A program made the position numbers and the translations under genes. A model generated the notes under the pieces. That model did no database searches. It saw only the letters and a program-made list of their open reading frames with translations, and had not been told where the DNA came from. Below are positions 50,176 through 59,633 of a stretch of DNA of 64,000 nt, piece after piece. The DNA is from Trueperaceae bacterium (GTDB lineage Bacteria > Deinococcota > Deinococci > Deinococcales > Trueperaceae), in NCBI GenBank assembly GCA_965214405.1, contig OZ243956.1, forward strand, positions 2,592,001 to 2,656,000, in the 5' to 3' direction. Numbering within the stretch: the stretch's first letter is position 1; each line of letters opens with the position of its first letter.

Positions 50176-50294
50176 CTTTAACGAACTGAACTCAAGGCGC
50201 TAAAGGCGCTAACGGATAAGTTTGAAACATGCTTCAACTCCTTTTTACATTTGCAGCAGAACGATTTAGCATCCCACGCAGTGACTAGTTAAAC
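50176..50294 (-). other. attC site (degenerate arms)
   Basis: Minus strand: R'' GTTTAAC, complementary to cassette start GTTAAAC; R' GTTAAAG; GCTAAA/TTTAGC inner arms. Confidence 0.65.
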
Positions 50295-50306
50295 TGCAAC
50301 CTCGAT

Positions 50307-50597
50307 TTAGTCGGTAATAAAAGCTTCAAAACGGAGCCACGCAGGATGGTCAAGTTGTAATTCATAAAAGTCATCGTAATACTCGAGTCCTGCTGCTTTC
50401 AAACGAATGATAAACGTTTCTAATGCCTCAATACCAAAACTTGGCCCAAAACATAAAAGCGCCTCGTTTTGGCTGAAAAGCTCTTCTTCCATCAATTCTA
50501 TAATTTTCTCAAATGGAATGTCTGATTCATCAAGGCTAGCTCGGCGGATAACAAGTTCGAACTCGAATGTTACTGGGATAGAAGAAGAGCTAGCCAT
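50307..50597 (-). CDS. First integron cassette ORF, hypothetical acidic protein
   Basis: ATG 3 nt after GTTAAAC core; AT-rich; followed by attC. Confidence 0.75.
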   Translation of the reverse strand: MASSSSIPVTFEFELVIRRASLDESDIPFEKIIELMEEELFSQNEALLCFGPSFGIEALETFIIRLKAAGLEYYDDFYELQLDHPAWLRFEAFITD

Positions 50598-50600
50598 GCG

Positions 50601-50640
50601 GTTTAACTAGCGATTATCAGACATTTGTCCGATAAAATTC
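50601..50640 (-). other. attI-like site
   Basis: GTTAAAC core between intI 5' end and first cassette; inverted repeat TTATCAGACA-TT-TGTCCGATAA. Confidence 0.7.
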
Positions 50641-50671
50641 TTGTAGGGGTGCTTTTGCGGCAATTTGAAGT

Positions 50672-50902
50672 GTGACTCAATCTCGCAGCTACTCACCACA
50701 AACTTCCCCTTTCATCAATCATGTTCGGCGTGCGATACGGCTTAAACACTACAGCCTCGCAACTGAGCGCTCATACTGCTACTACACTCTCGACTATACC
50801 AAATTTCACGGCGAGCAGCATCCACGCTCTCTCGGGCCAAACAAGGTTCGGGCTTACCTTCGCATCTCGCCACCAACAAAGTGCGGGCCGACTCTTGCTT
50901 AG
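50672..50902 (+). pseudogene. intI: Integron integrase N-terminal fragment
   Basis: VRRAIRLKHYSLATERSY...KFHGEQHPRSLG...VRAYL, then HLATNKV after a frameshift; catalytic domain absent. Confidence 0.85.
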
Positions 50903-50968
50903 GACGCCGTGCCGACTTTTGCCACGACCTCTTCGCCAAAACGACACCAAGTGTTTTAACTACGTTCC

Positions 50969-52098
50969 CTCAGTACACGACAGATTTGAAATAAAGGGCT
51001 CTCCAGTGAAGAATGGATGTTGCGAGACACCACTTCAAGGGAGAGCATATGAAGCATACCGGGTTGCTGGCACAGTTGAAAGCGAGCGGCTTAAAGCTGC
51101 ACCCGTCACGGCTTAAGTTCTTGAGCTTGTTGATGATCGCGATGGTGCAGGCAAAGACGGTGAACTTGGCGACGTTGGTAGGCATGATGGAGGGCAGAGC
51201 CCAGCCGGACTCGCTTTACAGACGGGCGCAACGGTTTTTCCAAGGCTTGCACTTGGCCGATGAGACAGTTTTCAGGTACGCGCTGAGTCTAGGTCCCAAG
51301 CGAAGCTACAGCCTGTGCCTAGACCGGACGAACTGGAAGTTTGGCAAACTCGACATCAACATCTTGACCCTGGCTTATGCGCATGAGGGCGTAGCGGTTC
51401 CCTTACTGTGGTGTCTTTTGCCCAAGGCTGGCAACTCCGCCACGCAAGAACGCATTACGCTTTTGGAGCGTTTGCTAAAACTTTTGCCCGTAGACCAGCT
51501 AGAGGTGCTGCTAGCCGATAGGGAGTTCATCGGGGGCGACTGGTTCGCTTATCTTGAGCGTAAGCACATCCCTTTCGTTATCCGCGTGCGTAAAGACGCT
51601 CTCGGTGATGGCTGGTTTCATCTGTTCGGCTTTTTCCAGCATCTACCTGTGGGTGAGCACAAGGTACTTAAACAGCGCTACACTGTCTTTGGTGTTGAGC
51701 TTGGGGTTGCAGGCGCGCGTTTAGAGGGTGGAGAATACATCATCGTCGTCACCAACCGCAATCCTAAGCAGGCCCTCGCAAGCTACGCGAAGCGCTGGCA
51801 GATAGAATGCTTGTTCAAAGCCTTGAAAAGCAGCGGCTTTGACTTTGAAGCTACGCATCTCAAGCACCTAGAGCGCATTAACACCTTACTTGTCGTTGTG
51901 ACCCTGGCTTTCTTATGGGCCTTGAAAGTCGGAGCATTTGTTCACCGTCAGCTCAAACCTGTTCGAATGAAGTCGCACGGGCGCAAGCAGAAGTCTTTAT
52001 TCCGGGCAGGCTTAGACCATCTCAGGCATCTGCTCACCAACTCGGCAACCAAAAAGCCTGACCTGGACCGCTGTTTTCGGCTTTTGTCGTGTACTTAG
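50969..52098 (+). mobile_element. IS4-family insertion sequence, copy 2 (1130 bp, 9-bp TSD)
   Basis: Same IRs as copy 1; CTACGTTCC duplicated at 50960-50968 and 52099-52107. Confidence 0.95.
51049..52098 (+). CDS. IS4-family DDE transposase
   Basis: Translation identical to copy 1. Confidence 0.93.
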   Translation: MKHTGLLAQLKASGLKLHPSRLKFLSLLMIAMVQAKTVNLATLVGMMEGRAQPDSLYRRAQRFFQGLHLADETVFRYALSLGPKRSYSLCLDRTNWKFGKLDINILTLAYAHEGVAVPLLWCLLPKAGNSATQERITLLERLLKLLPVDQLEVLLADREFIGGDWFAYLERKHIPFVIRVRKDALGDGWFHLFGFFQHLPVGEHKVLKQRYTVFGVELGVAGARLEGGEYIIVVTNRNPKQALASYAKRWQIECLFKALKSSGFDFEATHLKHLERINTLLVVVTLAFLWALKVGAFVHRQLKPVRMKSHGRKQKSLFRAGLDHLRHLLTNSATKKPDLDRCFRLLSCT

Positions 52099-52107
52099 CT
52101 ACGTTCC

Positions 52108-53160
52108 CTAAATTTGCACCGTCACCCGCGCCCCGTCGCCCAACAAATGCACCGCGTCCGAGAAGCGCAGCACCCGCGACTGGTAGCCCATCGAGACGGT
52201 GTGGGTGCGCGCGCCGTTTTTGAAAAAGCGCACGCCTTTTAAGATGTCGCCATCGGTAATGCCCGTGGCGCTAAAGACGATGTTGTCGCCCGGCGCTAAG
52301 TCTTGCGTGCTGTAAACGCGCTCGGCGCTCGCACCCATCGCCTCGAGCCTCTCCCTCTCCCCATCATTACGCGGCCTAAAGCGCCCCTGAATCTCGCCGC
52401 CCAGACACTTGACCGCGGCGGCGGCCAACACGCCCTCGGGCGCGCCGCCGATGCCCATCACCGCGTGGACGTTCGTCCCGCGCACCGCCGCCGCGAGCGC
52501 CGCAATCACGTCACCATCGCCGATGAGCTTGACGCGCGCGCCCGCCTCGCGCACCTGCTTGAGCAAGTTTTCGTGCCGCGGGCGGTCTAAAATCACAATG
52601 GTGAGGTCTTCGACCGCGCGGTCCAGGCTCTGCGCGATGGCGCTCAAATTCGCCGCCACCGGCCAGGTCAAATCCACCTTGCCCGCCGCGGGGGGGCCGA
52701 CGATGAGCTTTTCCATGTAGGTGTCGGGGGCCTGAAAGAGCCCGCCCTTTTCGGCCAGCGCGATGACCGCGACCGAATTGCTCACCATCCGCGCGGTGAT
52801 GCCCGTGCCCTCGACCGGGTCCACCGCGATGTCAATTTGCCACGCGCCCTCGCCGCCGCGGCCCACTTTCTCGCCGATAAAGAGCATCGGCGCTTCGTCG
52901 CGCTCGCCCTCGCCAATCACAATCTCGCCGTCGATGTCGAGTTCGTTCAGCACGCGGCGCATCGCGTCGGTCCCGGCCTGGTCGACCAAGTCCGAGTCGC
53001 CCTTGCCCGCCACCCGGCTTGCGGCGATGGCCGCCTGCTCGGTGACGCGCACCGTGTCGAGCACCAGCGCCCGCTCCATGTCCATCGCCGCGCCCCGTTT
53101 CGTAGGGGAAGGCTTGCCCTTGGTTGCCGCTCTTTTGGGTGTCTTTTTTGTGACTGTCAT
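52108..53160 (-). CDS. glpX: Class II fructose-1,6-bisphosphatase
   Basis: [40 protein letters not shown]; start uncertain. Confidence 0.95.
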   Translation of the reverse strand: MTVTKKTPKRAATKGKPSPTKRGAAMDMERALVLDTVRVTEQAAIAASRVAGKGDSDLVDQAGTDAMRRVLNELDIDGEIVIGEGERDEAPMLFIGEKVGRGGEGAWQIDIAVDPVEGTGITARMVSNSVAVIALAEKGGLFQAPDTYMEKLIVGPPAAGKVDLTWPVAANLSAIAQSLDRAVEDLTIVILDRPRHENLLKQVREAGARVKLIGDGDVIAALAAAVRGTNVHAVMGIGGAPEGVLAAAAVKCLGGEIQGRFRPRNDGERERLEAMGASAERVYSTQDLAPGDNIVFSATGITDGDILKGVRFFKNGARTHTVSMGYQSRVLRFSDAVHLLGDGARVTVQI

Positions 53161-53221
53161 TGGCCCCATTGTGACACAGCCGCCCGACGGGAGGCGCGTT
53201 GTACCTCCTGAAAGTGTCAAT

Positions 53222-53884
53222 TTACGCAGGTGGATACGTTTTGCCGTTCGTTTTACTCTGGTGTCGCGCCTCCATCTCCCCCACCACGTCCCCCAGCCCG
53301 ACCCCGCACTCGCGCAGCATGACCATGAGGTGAAAAAGTAAGTCCGCCGCCTCGCCCACCAATTCGTCGTTTTTACCCTCGAGCGCCGCCACAATGCTCT
53401 CCCCCGCCTCCTCGACCACTTTTTGCGCCACGCGGCCCAAGCCTTTGTGGTGGAGCGAGGCGACGTAAGAGCCTTCCGGTAAGTCTTTAAGACGTTGGTT
53501 GATGATGTGCTCGAGGCCCGCCAATGCGCCCAGCGAAGGCGTCTTTGCCTCCTCACCCACTGTATCCACGGTGCGGTAGAAGCAAGAGCGCTCTCCGGTG
53601 TGGCAGGCGGGGCCGGTCTGTTTCACGCGGTAGAGCACCGCGTCCCCGTCGCAGTCGTAGCGCAACTCAGTGAGCGTCTGGGTGTGACCGCTGGTGGCAC
53701 CCTTGCGCCAGAGTTCGTTTCTCGAACGGCTCCAGTAGTGAGCTTGACCCGTTTGGAGCGTTCGTTCCAAGGCTTCTTGATTCGCGTAGGCGAGCATCAG
53801 CACCTCGCCGCTCTCGGCGTCTTGGGCCACGACAGGTACAAGACCGCGCGCGTCGAATTTTATGGTGGATATGGATAATGTCAT
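53222..53884 (-). CDS. hisIE: Bifunctional phosphoribosyl-AMP cyclohydrolase/phosphoribosyl-ATP pyrophosphatase
   Basis: [35 protein letters not shown]. Confidence 0.96.
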   Translation of the reverse strand: MTLSISTIKFDARGLVPVVAQDAESGEVLMLAYANQEALERTLQTGQAHYWSRSRNELWRKGATSGHTQTLTELRYDCDGDAVLYRVKQTGPACHTGERSCFYRTVDTVGEEAKTPSLGALAGLEHIINQRLKDLPEGSYVASLHHKGLGRVAQKVVEEAGESIVAALEGKNDELVGEAADLLFHLMVMLRECGVGLGDVVGEMEARHQSKTNGKTYPPA

Positions 53885-54017
53885 ACGCTATTCTACGGTG
53901 CTTGACGGGCTTTAGCCGGATACATGAGAGGCGCAGCACTCCACCTCTCTTTCACTTCTTCCTACGTTCAAAACGCTTAGCAGATTCCCCTTACCCAAAG
54001 TGCGTTACATTGGACTC

Positions 54018-54995
54018 ATGCTCTTTGACCTTCCTTTAGATGAACTCGAACGCTATAAACCGCCGCGGCACGAACCCGAGGACTTTGACGCGTTTTGGGA
54101 AGTCAGCCTGGCGGAGGCTCGAGCCTGGGCGCTCGAGCCCCAATTCACGCCCGTCGAGGTCGGCCTAAAAACCATCGCGTGCTTTGACGTGACCTTTTCG
54201 GGCTACGGCGGTCAGCGGGTCAAGGGCTGGTTTCTCCGTCCGCAAGGGATAGACTCGCCGGAGCCGCTGCCCAGCATGGTCGAGTACATCGGCTACGGCG
54301 GGGGCCGGGGGAGGCCGACCGACTGGCTCCTCTGGCCGAGCGCGGGCTTCGCCTATCTGGTCATGGACACGCGGGGTCAGGGCAGCACCTGGCGCGAGGG
54401 GGATACGCCGGACCTGCCCACCGAGGGGGCCAACGCGCACTTTCCGGGCTTCATGACGCAGGGCATTCTCGACCCCAAAACCTACTACTACCGCCGCCTG
54501 TTCGTGGACGCGGTGAGGGCGGTGGAGACCTTGAAGTCACGTGAGGAGGTCGACCCGGCGCGGGTCGCGGTGACGGGTGGCAGCCAGGGGGGCGGCGTCT
54601 CGCTGGCGGTGGCGGGGCTTGTGCCGGACCTCGCGGCGGTCATGCCGGACGTGCCCTTTTTATGCCACTACCGCCGCGCTACCCAAATGACCGACGCCAT
54701 GCCCTACAACGAAATCGCGCGCTACTGCAAAATCCACCGGGGCGAGGTCGAGAGCGTGTTTCGCACGCTCTCGTACTTTGACGGCGTCAACTTCGCGGCG
54801 CGCGCGGACGCGAGGGCGCTCTTTTCGGCTGCGCTGATGGACACGGTGTGCCCCCCATCCACCGTGTTTGCCGCCTACAACCACTACGCGGGCGAGAAAG
54901 ACATCCGCGTTTATCCCTACAACGGGCACGAGGGCGGCGAGGGGGTTCAGACGGCGGCGAAGCTGGCGTACGTGGAGGCGCTTCAAGGAGAATAA
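54018..54995 (+). CDS. Acetylxylan esterase / cephalosporin-C deacetylase (CE7)
   Basis: DTRGQG, GGSQGG, D.VCPPST, GHE. Confidence 0.93.
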   Translation: MLFDLPLDELERYKPPRHEPEDFDAFWEVSLAEARAWALEPQFTPVEVGLKTIACFDVTFSGYGGQRVKGWFLRPQGIDSPEPLPSMVEYIGYGGGRGRPTDWLLWPSAGFAYLVMDTRGQGSTWREGDTPDLPTEGANAHFPGFMTQGILDPKTYYYRRLFVDAVRAVETLKSREEVDPARVAVTGGSQGGGVSLAVAGLVPDLAAVMPDVPFLCHYRRATQMTDAMPYNEIARYCKIHRGEVESVFRTLSYFDGVNFAARADARALFSAALMDTVCPPSTVFAAYNHYAGEKDIRVYPYNGHEGGEGVQTAAKLAYVEALQGE

Positions 54996-55053
54996 CCCGC
55001 AGCAGAGGGTTCATCTGATACCACAAAAACTGATTTTATGATAAACTGATTCT

Positions 55054-55323
55054 ATGGAACGCATCAACGTCACGCAAGCGGCGCGCAATTTTTCGGACCT
55101 GCTCAACCGCGTTTATTATCAAGGGGTGAGCGTGGAACTCGAGCGCGGTAACAAGGTTGTCGCGCGCCTCGTCCCGGCGCTCCCCGCCCCGAGCCTGGCC
55201 GCAGGGGATTTGGAGGAGCTCTTCGCTTCTTTGCCCAAGCTGGGTAACGACGCCGAAAGCTTTGCCGAAGATGTCAAAGGGGCTGACGAATCCTTTTTGC
55301 CGGAGGATGATGTTTGGGGCTAG
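55054..55323 (+). CDS. Phd/YefM family antitoxin
   Basis: INVTQAARNFSDLLNRV, VARLVP; TAAACT -10 box 6 nt before ATG. Confidence 0.88.
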   Translation: MERINVTQAARNFSDLLNRVYYQGVSVELERGNKVVARLVPALPAPSLAAGDLEELFASLPKLGNDAESFAEDVKGADESFLPEDDVWG

Positions 55324-55335
55324 GTCGCGCGCCGC

Positions 55336-55755
55336 GTGGGGTTAGTGGTCGATACGGACGTGTTTATCCACCTCGAGCGGGGCTCCTTGCCTACCGACTG
55401 GGGAACTTACGCGGGTGACTATGGCGGCGTCTATATAAGCGCCGTTACCGTGTCCGAACTGCTCGTCGGTGTGTACCGCGCCGATACGCAGGAGCGGCGG
55501 GTAAAGCGCACGGCTTTGGTAGAGTCGGTGTTAGCCAGGGTGTCGGTGCTCCCTTTTACCGCCGAGGTGGCGCGCCTTCACGCGCAACTCTTGGCCGACC
55601 TCATGGGGCGGGGTCAAAAAATCGGGGCGCATGACCTCATTATCGCTGCCACCGCCCTCTATCACGGCTTTCCGGTGCTTACGAGCAACCTCAAGGATTT
55701 TGAGCGCGTCACCGGCTTGGACGTTCTGGTTTACACTGTCGAGGAGAATCCATGA
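55336..55755 (+). CDS. vapC: VapC PIN-domain toxin
   Basis: [35 protein letters not shown]. Confidence 0.92.
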   Translation: MGLVVDTDVFIHLERGSLPTDWGTYAGDYGGVYISAVTVSELLVGVYRADTQERRVKRTALVESVLARVSVLPFTAEVARLHAQLLADLMGRGQKIGAHDLIIAATALYHGFPVLTSNLKDFERVTGLDVLVYTVEENP

Positions 55756-56507
55756 AAATCATCACCATCATCAAACAAGTCCCCGACGCCGAGGCGCGCA
55801 TCCGCTCGTCAGCGGAGGGCATCGACCTAGAGGGCGCAACATTCGTGATTGACGGCATGGACGAGTACGGCGTCGAGCAGGCCCTGCGCATCCGTGAGGG
55901 CGGCGAGGACGCGGACATCGTCGCGCTCGCCCTGGGTCCCAAGCGTTTCGAGGAAGCCATCCGCACCGCGCTGGCGATGGGCGCGGACCGCGCGGTGCAT
56001 ATCGAAACCGATGAGGCGTTAGACCCCATCAGCCAGGCCAAGGTGCTCGCCAAAGTGATTGGAGACGAGGGAGCCGACGTGGTCTTTGTCGGCGGCAAAG
56101 AAGCCGACTGGGATTCCGCCGCCTTAGGTCCGGCGGTGGCCGAGGCACTGGGCTGGCCGCACTCGGACTGGACGACGAAGTTGGAGCTAGCAGATAAAGG
56201 GGCTCAGACCACCCACGACGCCGACGAGGGTAGCGAACGTTTAGCGCTTCCCCTTCCCGCCGTCATCACCACCCAACAAGGCCTCAACGAACCTCGCTAC
56301 CCCACCCTGCCCAACATCATGAAGGCCAAACGCAAAGAGCTCAAAAAACTGAGCTTAGACGACGCGGGCGGCGCAAACGCCAAAACGCGCGTGCTCAAAG
56401 AAACCATCCAAACCCGCGACCGCCTCAACAAAATGTTGGACGGCGACCCTGCGGAGGCGGCGCAGAAGCTCGCCAAGCTGCTCCACGAAGAGGCGAAGGT
56501 CGTTTGA
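55752..56507 (+). CDS. etfB: Electron transfer flavoprotein beta subunit
   Basis: [23 protein letters not shown]. Confidence 0.94.
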   Translation: MKIITIIKQVPDAEARIRSSAEGIDLEGATFVIDGMDEYGVEQALRIREGGEDADIVALALGPKRFEEAIRTALAMGADRAVHIETDEALDPISQAKVLAKVIGDEGADVVFVGGKEADWDSAALGPAVAEALGWPHSDWTTKLELADKGAQTTHDADEGSERLALPLPAVITTQQGLNEPRYPTLPNIMKAKRKELKKLSLDDAGGANAKTRVLKETIQTRDRLNKMLDGDPAEAAQKLAKLLHEEAKVV

Positions 56508-56575
56508 AGTGGTTAGTGGTTGGTGATGAGTGGTTAGTCTTTTCTAATCACTATCCACTCACCACTCATCACTGT
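56508..56575. repeat. Heptamer-based (AGTGGTT-like) inverted tandem repeat between etfB and etfA
   Basis: AGTGGTTAGTGGTTGGTGATGAGTGGTTAG ... CTAATCACTATCCACTCACCACTCATCACT. Confidence 0.6.
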
Positions 56576-56588
56576 CTAAAGGAGAGAT

Positions 56589-57560
56589 ATGATTCTTGTT
56601 GTTGCTAATCAAAAGGCCGATCAAAGTGGCGGGTTGCGGAAGAGCACGCTCGAGCTGACCACCGCCGCGCGCAACCTCGCAGAGGCGTTGGGTACGGATG
56701 TTGCCGGGCTGGTCATCGGTAACGCCGAGGCTGCCGAGGCGTTCGCAAAGTACGTGGACACCGTCTACCGCGTGTCGGGTGAGGGCTTGGACGCGTTTAG
56801 GGCGGAGCCGTGGACGCGCGTGGTAACCCAGGTGGCGCAGGAGAAGGGGGCGCAGGCGGTGCTAATCGCGGCCTCGCGCTCGGGGCTCTCCTACGCGCCG
56901 CGCGTCGCGCTGCGGCTTGACGCGCCCTATTTAGAGGACGTGACGGGGCTCGAGCTTCAAGACGGCAAGGTGACCGCGACGCGTTTTACCTACCTTGCCC
57001 GCGTGACCGAGACGGTGCAGGCTGAGAGTTTGCCCGTGGTTATCAGCATCAAGCCCAACATCTATCCTGTCGCTGAGGAGGGGGCGGGGGGTTCCGTGGA
57101 GGCGGTGGAGGTGGGGCTCGAGAGTAACGACACCCGCGTCACGCTGGGCGAGAAGCAGGCCGCGGCAGCGGGGCGGGTGGCCTTGGAGGAGGCCAGCGTG
57201 GTCATCGCGGGCGGGCGCGGTGTGGGCGGTCCCGAAGGCTTCGACAACCTCGTTGAGCCCTTGGCCGACACGCTTTCGGCGGGGGTGGGGGCGACCCGCG
57301 CGGTGGTGGACGCGGGCTGGCGGCCCTACGGCGAGCAGGTGGGGCAGACCGGCAAGACGGTTGCGCCCGACCTCTATGTGGCCCTGGGCGTGTCGGGCGC
57401 GGTGCAGCACCTTTCGGGGATGAACCGCTCCAAGGTAATCGTTGCGATTAACAAAGACGCGGACGCGCCCATTTTCAAGGTGGCGGACTACGGCATCGTG
57501 GGCGACGTGGGCGTGGTGGCTCCGGCGCTCAAGGAGGCGCTGGCGGCGCAAAAGGAGTAG
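56589..57560 (+). CDS. etfA: Electron transfer flavoprotein alpha subunit
   Basis: GGRG, GATRAVVDAGW, QVGQTGK, GVSGAVQHLSGM. Confidence 0.95.
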   Translation: MILVVANQKADQSGGLRKSTLELTTAARNLAEALGTDVAGLVIGNAEAAEAFAKYVDTVYRVSGEGLDAFRAEPWTRVVTQVAQEKGAQAVLIAASRSGLSYAPRVALRLDAPYLEDVTGLELQDGKVTATRFTYLARVTETVQAESLPVVISIKPNIYPVAEEGAGGSVEAVEVGLESNDTRVTLGEKQAAAAGRVALEEASVVIAGGRGVGGPEGFDNLVEPLADTLSAGVGATRAVVDAGWRPYGEQVGQTGKTVAPDLYVALGVSGAVQHLSGMNRSKVIVAINKDADAPIFKVADYGIVGDVGVVAPALKEALAAQKE

Positions 57561-57594
57561 CGGAAGTGGGGAGATGGGAGGTAGGGGGAAAAGC

Positions 57595-58608
57595 CTAAAC
57601 CTCCACCTTCTCCCCGCGCCGTAGCGACACTTCGGCGGAGAGAGAGAGCGCCACCGACGCCCGTCCGTCCTCACCTGTCGCGGGTGGTGGAGTTCCGCTA
57701 AATATAGCGTCCAAAAAAGCCGCCGTCTGCTTCGGCACGTCAAACGCGTGACCTGTAGACCGCGGCACGTCCACCCCGCGCGTTTCCTCAGCACCCTGTT
57801 CTTTACTGTGCAGCGTGAGCGCGACGTGGGGGCTCCTGTCCAAATCCATGCTGCCGCACCAGGCCGCGTGGAGCGCACCCGTTTCGCCCACGAGCTTGAG
57901 GTCTATGTGATGCCCGTAAGCGGCGATAGAGCGCGTGACGAGCGCGGAGGCTTGGGGAAACTCGAGCCTCACATCCAAACTTTCGTTCAGCATCTCCCGC
58001 CCGTCGCGCGAGTTCGACCAGGCTTGCAAGGCGGTGGGCTCGCCCACGCCCTCAAAATACCAGCGCGCCAAATCGAGGTAGTGGATGGGCTCCTCGAGAA
58101 TCGCGCTACCTAACTTGTCGGGGTCCGTTTTCCAGCCCCCCGCGCCCGCCCGGTAGGGCCTGCGCCACAAGTCGAGCTTGAGGTGGAGAGGCCGCCCCAC
58201 CGCGCCCGCTCCGATAAGCTCCTTGACCTTGGCAAAAAGGGTGAAGACGCGCATCTCGAGCCCCACCGCCAGCACCTTACCCGCGCGCTCCGCCGCGGCC
58301 AGCATCCTATCGCAGTCCTCGAGCGTCGTCGCCATCGGTTTCTCGACCAGCACGTGTTTACCTGCGTTTAGGGCGGCCACGGCGTGTTCGGCGTGGAGGT
58401 AGTTGGGGCTCACGACGATGACGGCCTCGGTATCCCAACCTAAAAATGCGTCCAAGTCCGTCGTCGCGGGCACGCCCCATTCGGCCTCGACGCGTTCTTT
58501 GGAGGCAGGGCTCGAGACCGCCACCCCTGCGAGCGTCGCGCCTACCTCTTCCAAAGCTTGCTTATGCACCTCAGCCCAGCGCCCCGCGCCGATAAGGCCG
58601 ACTTTCAT
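57595..58608 (-). CDS. Gfo/Idh/MocA oxidoreductase
   Basis: IGAG, GKHVLVEKP, IHYLD. Confidence 0.9.
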   Translation of the reverse strand: MKVGLIGAGRWAEVHKQALEEVGATLAGVAVSSPASKERVEAEWGVPATTDLDAFLGWDTEAVIVVSPNYLHAEHAVAALNAGKHVLVEKPMATTLEDCDRMLAAAERAGKVLAVGLEMRVFTLFAKVKELIGAGAVGRPLHLKLDLWRRPYRAGAGGWKTDPDKLGSAILEEPIHYLDLARWYFEGVGEPTALQAWSNSRDGREMLNESLDVRLEFPQASALVTRSIAAYGHHIDLKLVGETGALHAAWCGSMDLDRSPHVALTLHSKEQGAEETRGVDVPRSTGHAFDVPKQTAAFLDAIFSGTPPPATGEDGRASVALSLSAEVSLRRGEKVEV

Positions 58609-59633
58609 GGTAACGCCTCCTCAAAGAGAGCTTCACCCGTGACCTCGGCGGGGCGGACTTCGCGGCGGGTGCGGACGGACTCTAAGACCGCCAGAGACAC
58701 CCGTAGCGCGTCAATGCCGTCTTCTAAAGAAGCTACTTGGCGCGGTACGCCTTGAGTGAGTTCGCGGTAGAACTGCTCAATCTCCTCGTTCCACGGGTCG
58801 GTGCCATTCGTCCGCCAAGGAGTCACGCCGCCAGCGTCGTGCAGCGTCATCGTCTCGTTCCAGTTCACGCTCAATAACCCGTCGGGTCCCATGTAGGTGT
58901 GGCGCTCGGTGGGCTCGACGCCGGAGGGAAGGCCCCAGGAGACTTGCACCTGACCGACGGTGCCGTTCGCATACTCGAGCGTGATTTGCGCGCTGTCGAG
59001 CGCCTTGTGTCGGATACCCGCCAGTTCCGGTTTGCTCTCGCTAAAAGTGTAGCCCCTGGCCGAAACCGTCTCGGGCTGAGTGCCGAAAAGTTCGCCCCAG
59101 AGGTTGAACACGTGGCAGCACATGTCGATGATGGGGCCGCCGTTGGCCCGCGCGTCGTGCATAAGCCTTTTGGGCCGGATGCCCGCGGCGATGGTGGCTT
59201 GGGCTAAAACGGGGCCGCCGATGCGCGCGTGCATCTCCAGAAGCTGGCTGTATGCGGGGTCGAACCGACGCATAAAACCGATGCGCAGTTCGCAACCGCT
59301 CTTTTCAGCCGCCTCGCTCATGCGCTCGGCGTCACTTAGCGTCAGCGCCGCGGGTTTTTCGCAGAGGACGTGTTTGCCCGCCGAGAGCGCCTGCACCGTA
59401 AAGGGCGCGTGGGTGGAGGTCGGGGTGCAGACGGAGACGACGTGAACGTCCGCGCGGTCTAAAAGCGAGTCCGGTGCGGCGTGGGCTTCTGCGCCAAAGG
59501 GAGCGGCTATGGCCTCGGCTCTCTTTACGTCCGCGTCGCAGACCGCTACCACCCTGGCCCCCGCCGCGGCCCAGCCTTCCGCGTGCCGCGCGCCCATGTC
59601 ACCCGCGCCGATGATGAGCACGCCCAGGCTCAC
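58605..59633 (-). CDS. Gfo/Idh/MocA oxidoreductase
   Basis: IIGAGDMG, KHVLCEKP, GFMRRFDP; GTG start overlaps the upstream stop. Confidence 0.9.
   Translation of the reverse strand: MSLGVLIIGAGDMGARHAEGWAAAGARVVAVCDADVKRAEAIAAPFGAEAHAAPDSLLDRADVHVVSVCTPTSTHAPFTVQALSAGKHVLCEKPAALTLSDAERMSEAAEKSGCELRIGFMRRFDPAYSQLLEMHARIGGPVLAQATIAAGIRPKRLMHDARANGGPIIDMCCHVFNLWGELFGTQPETVSARGYTFSESKPELAGIRHKALDSAQITLEYANGTVGQVQVSWGLPSGVEPTERHTYMGPDGLLSVNWNETMTLHDAGGVTPWRTNGTDPWNEEIEQFYRELTQGVPRQVASLEDGIDALRVSLAVLESVRTRREVRPAEVTGEALFEEALP

Larger units (their letters stand above)
47862..50902 (-). mobile_element. Degenerate integron (truncated intI, attI-like sites, cassette array)
   Basis: intI fragment on + strand; co-oriented minus-strand ORFs separated by attC sites with matching core sites. 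Confidence 0.85.

Noticed and set aside
50903..52107. IS4 insertion as the cause of intI truncation
   Set aside because: The intact 9-bp TSD shows a clean insertion, and glpX follows directly with no intI remainder, so the catalytic half was lost separately.
53161..53556. N-terminal extension of the 482-aa glpX ORF
   Set aside because: It overlaps hisIE in another frame; GlpX similarity begins only near MDMERAL.
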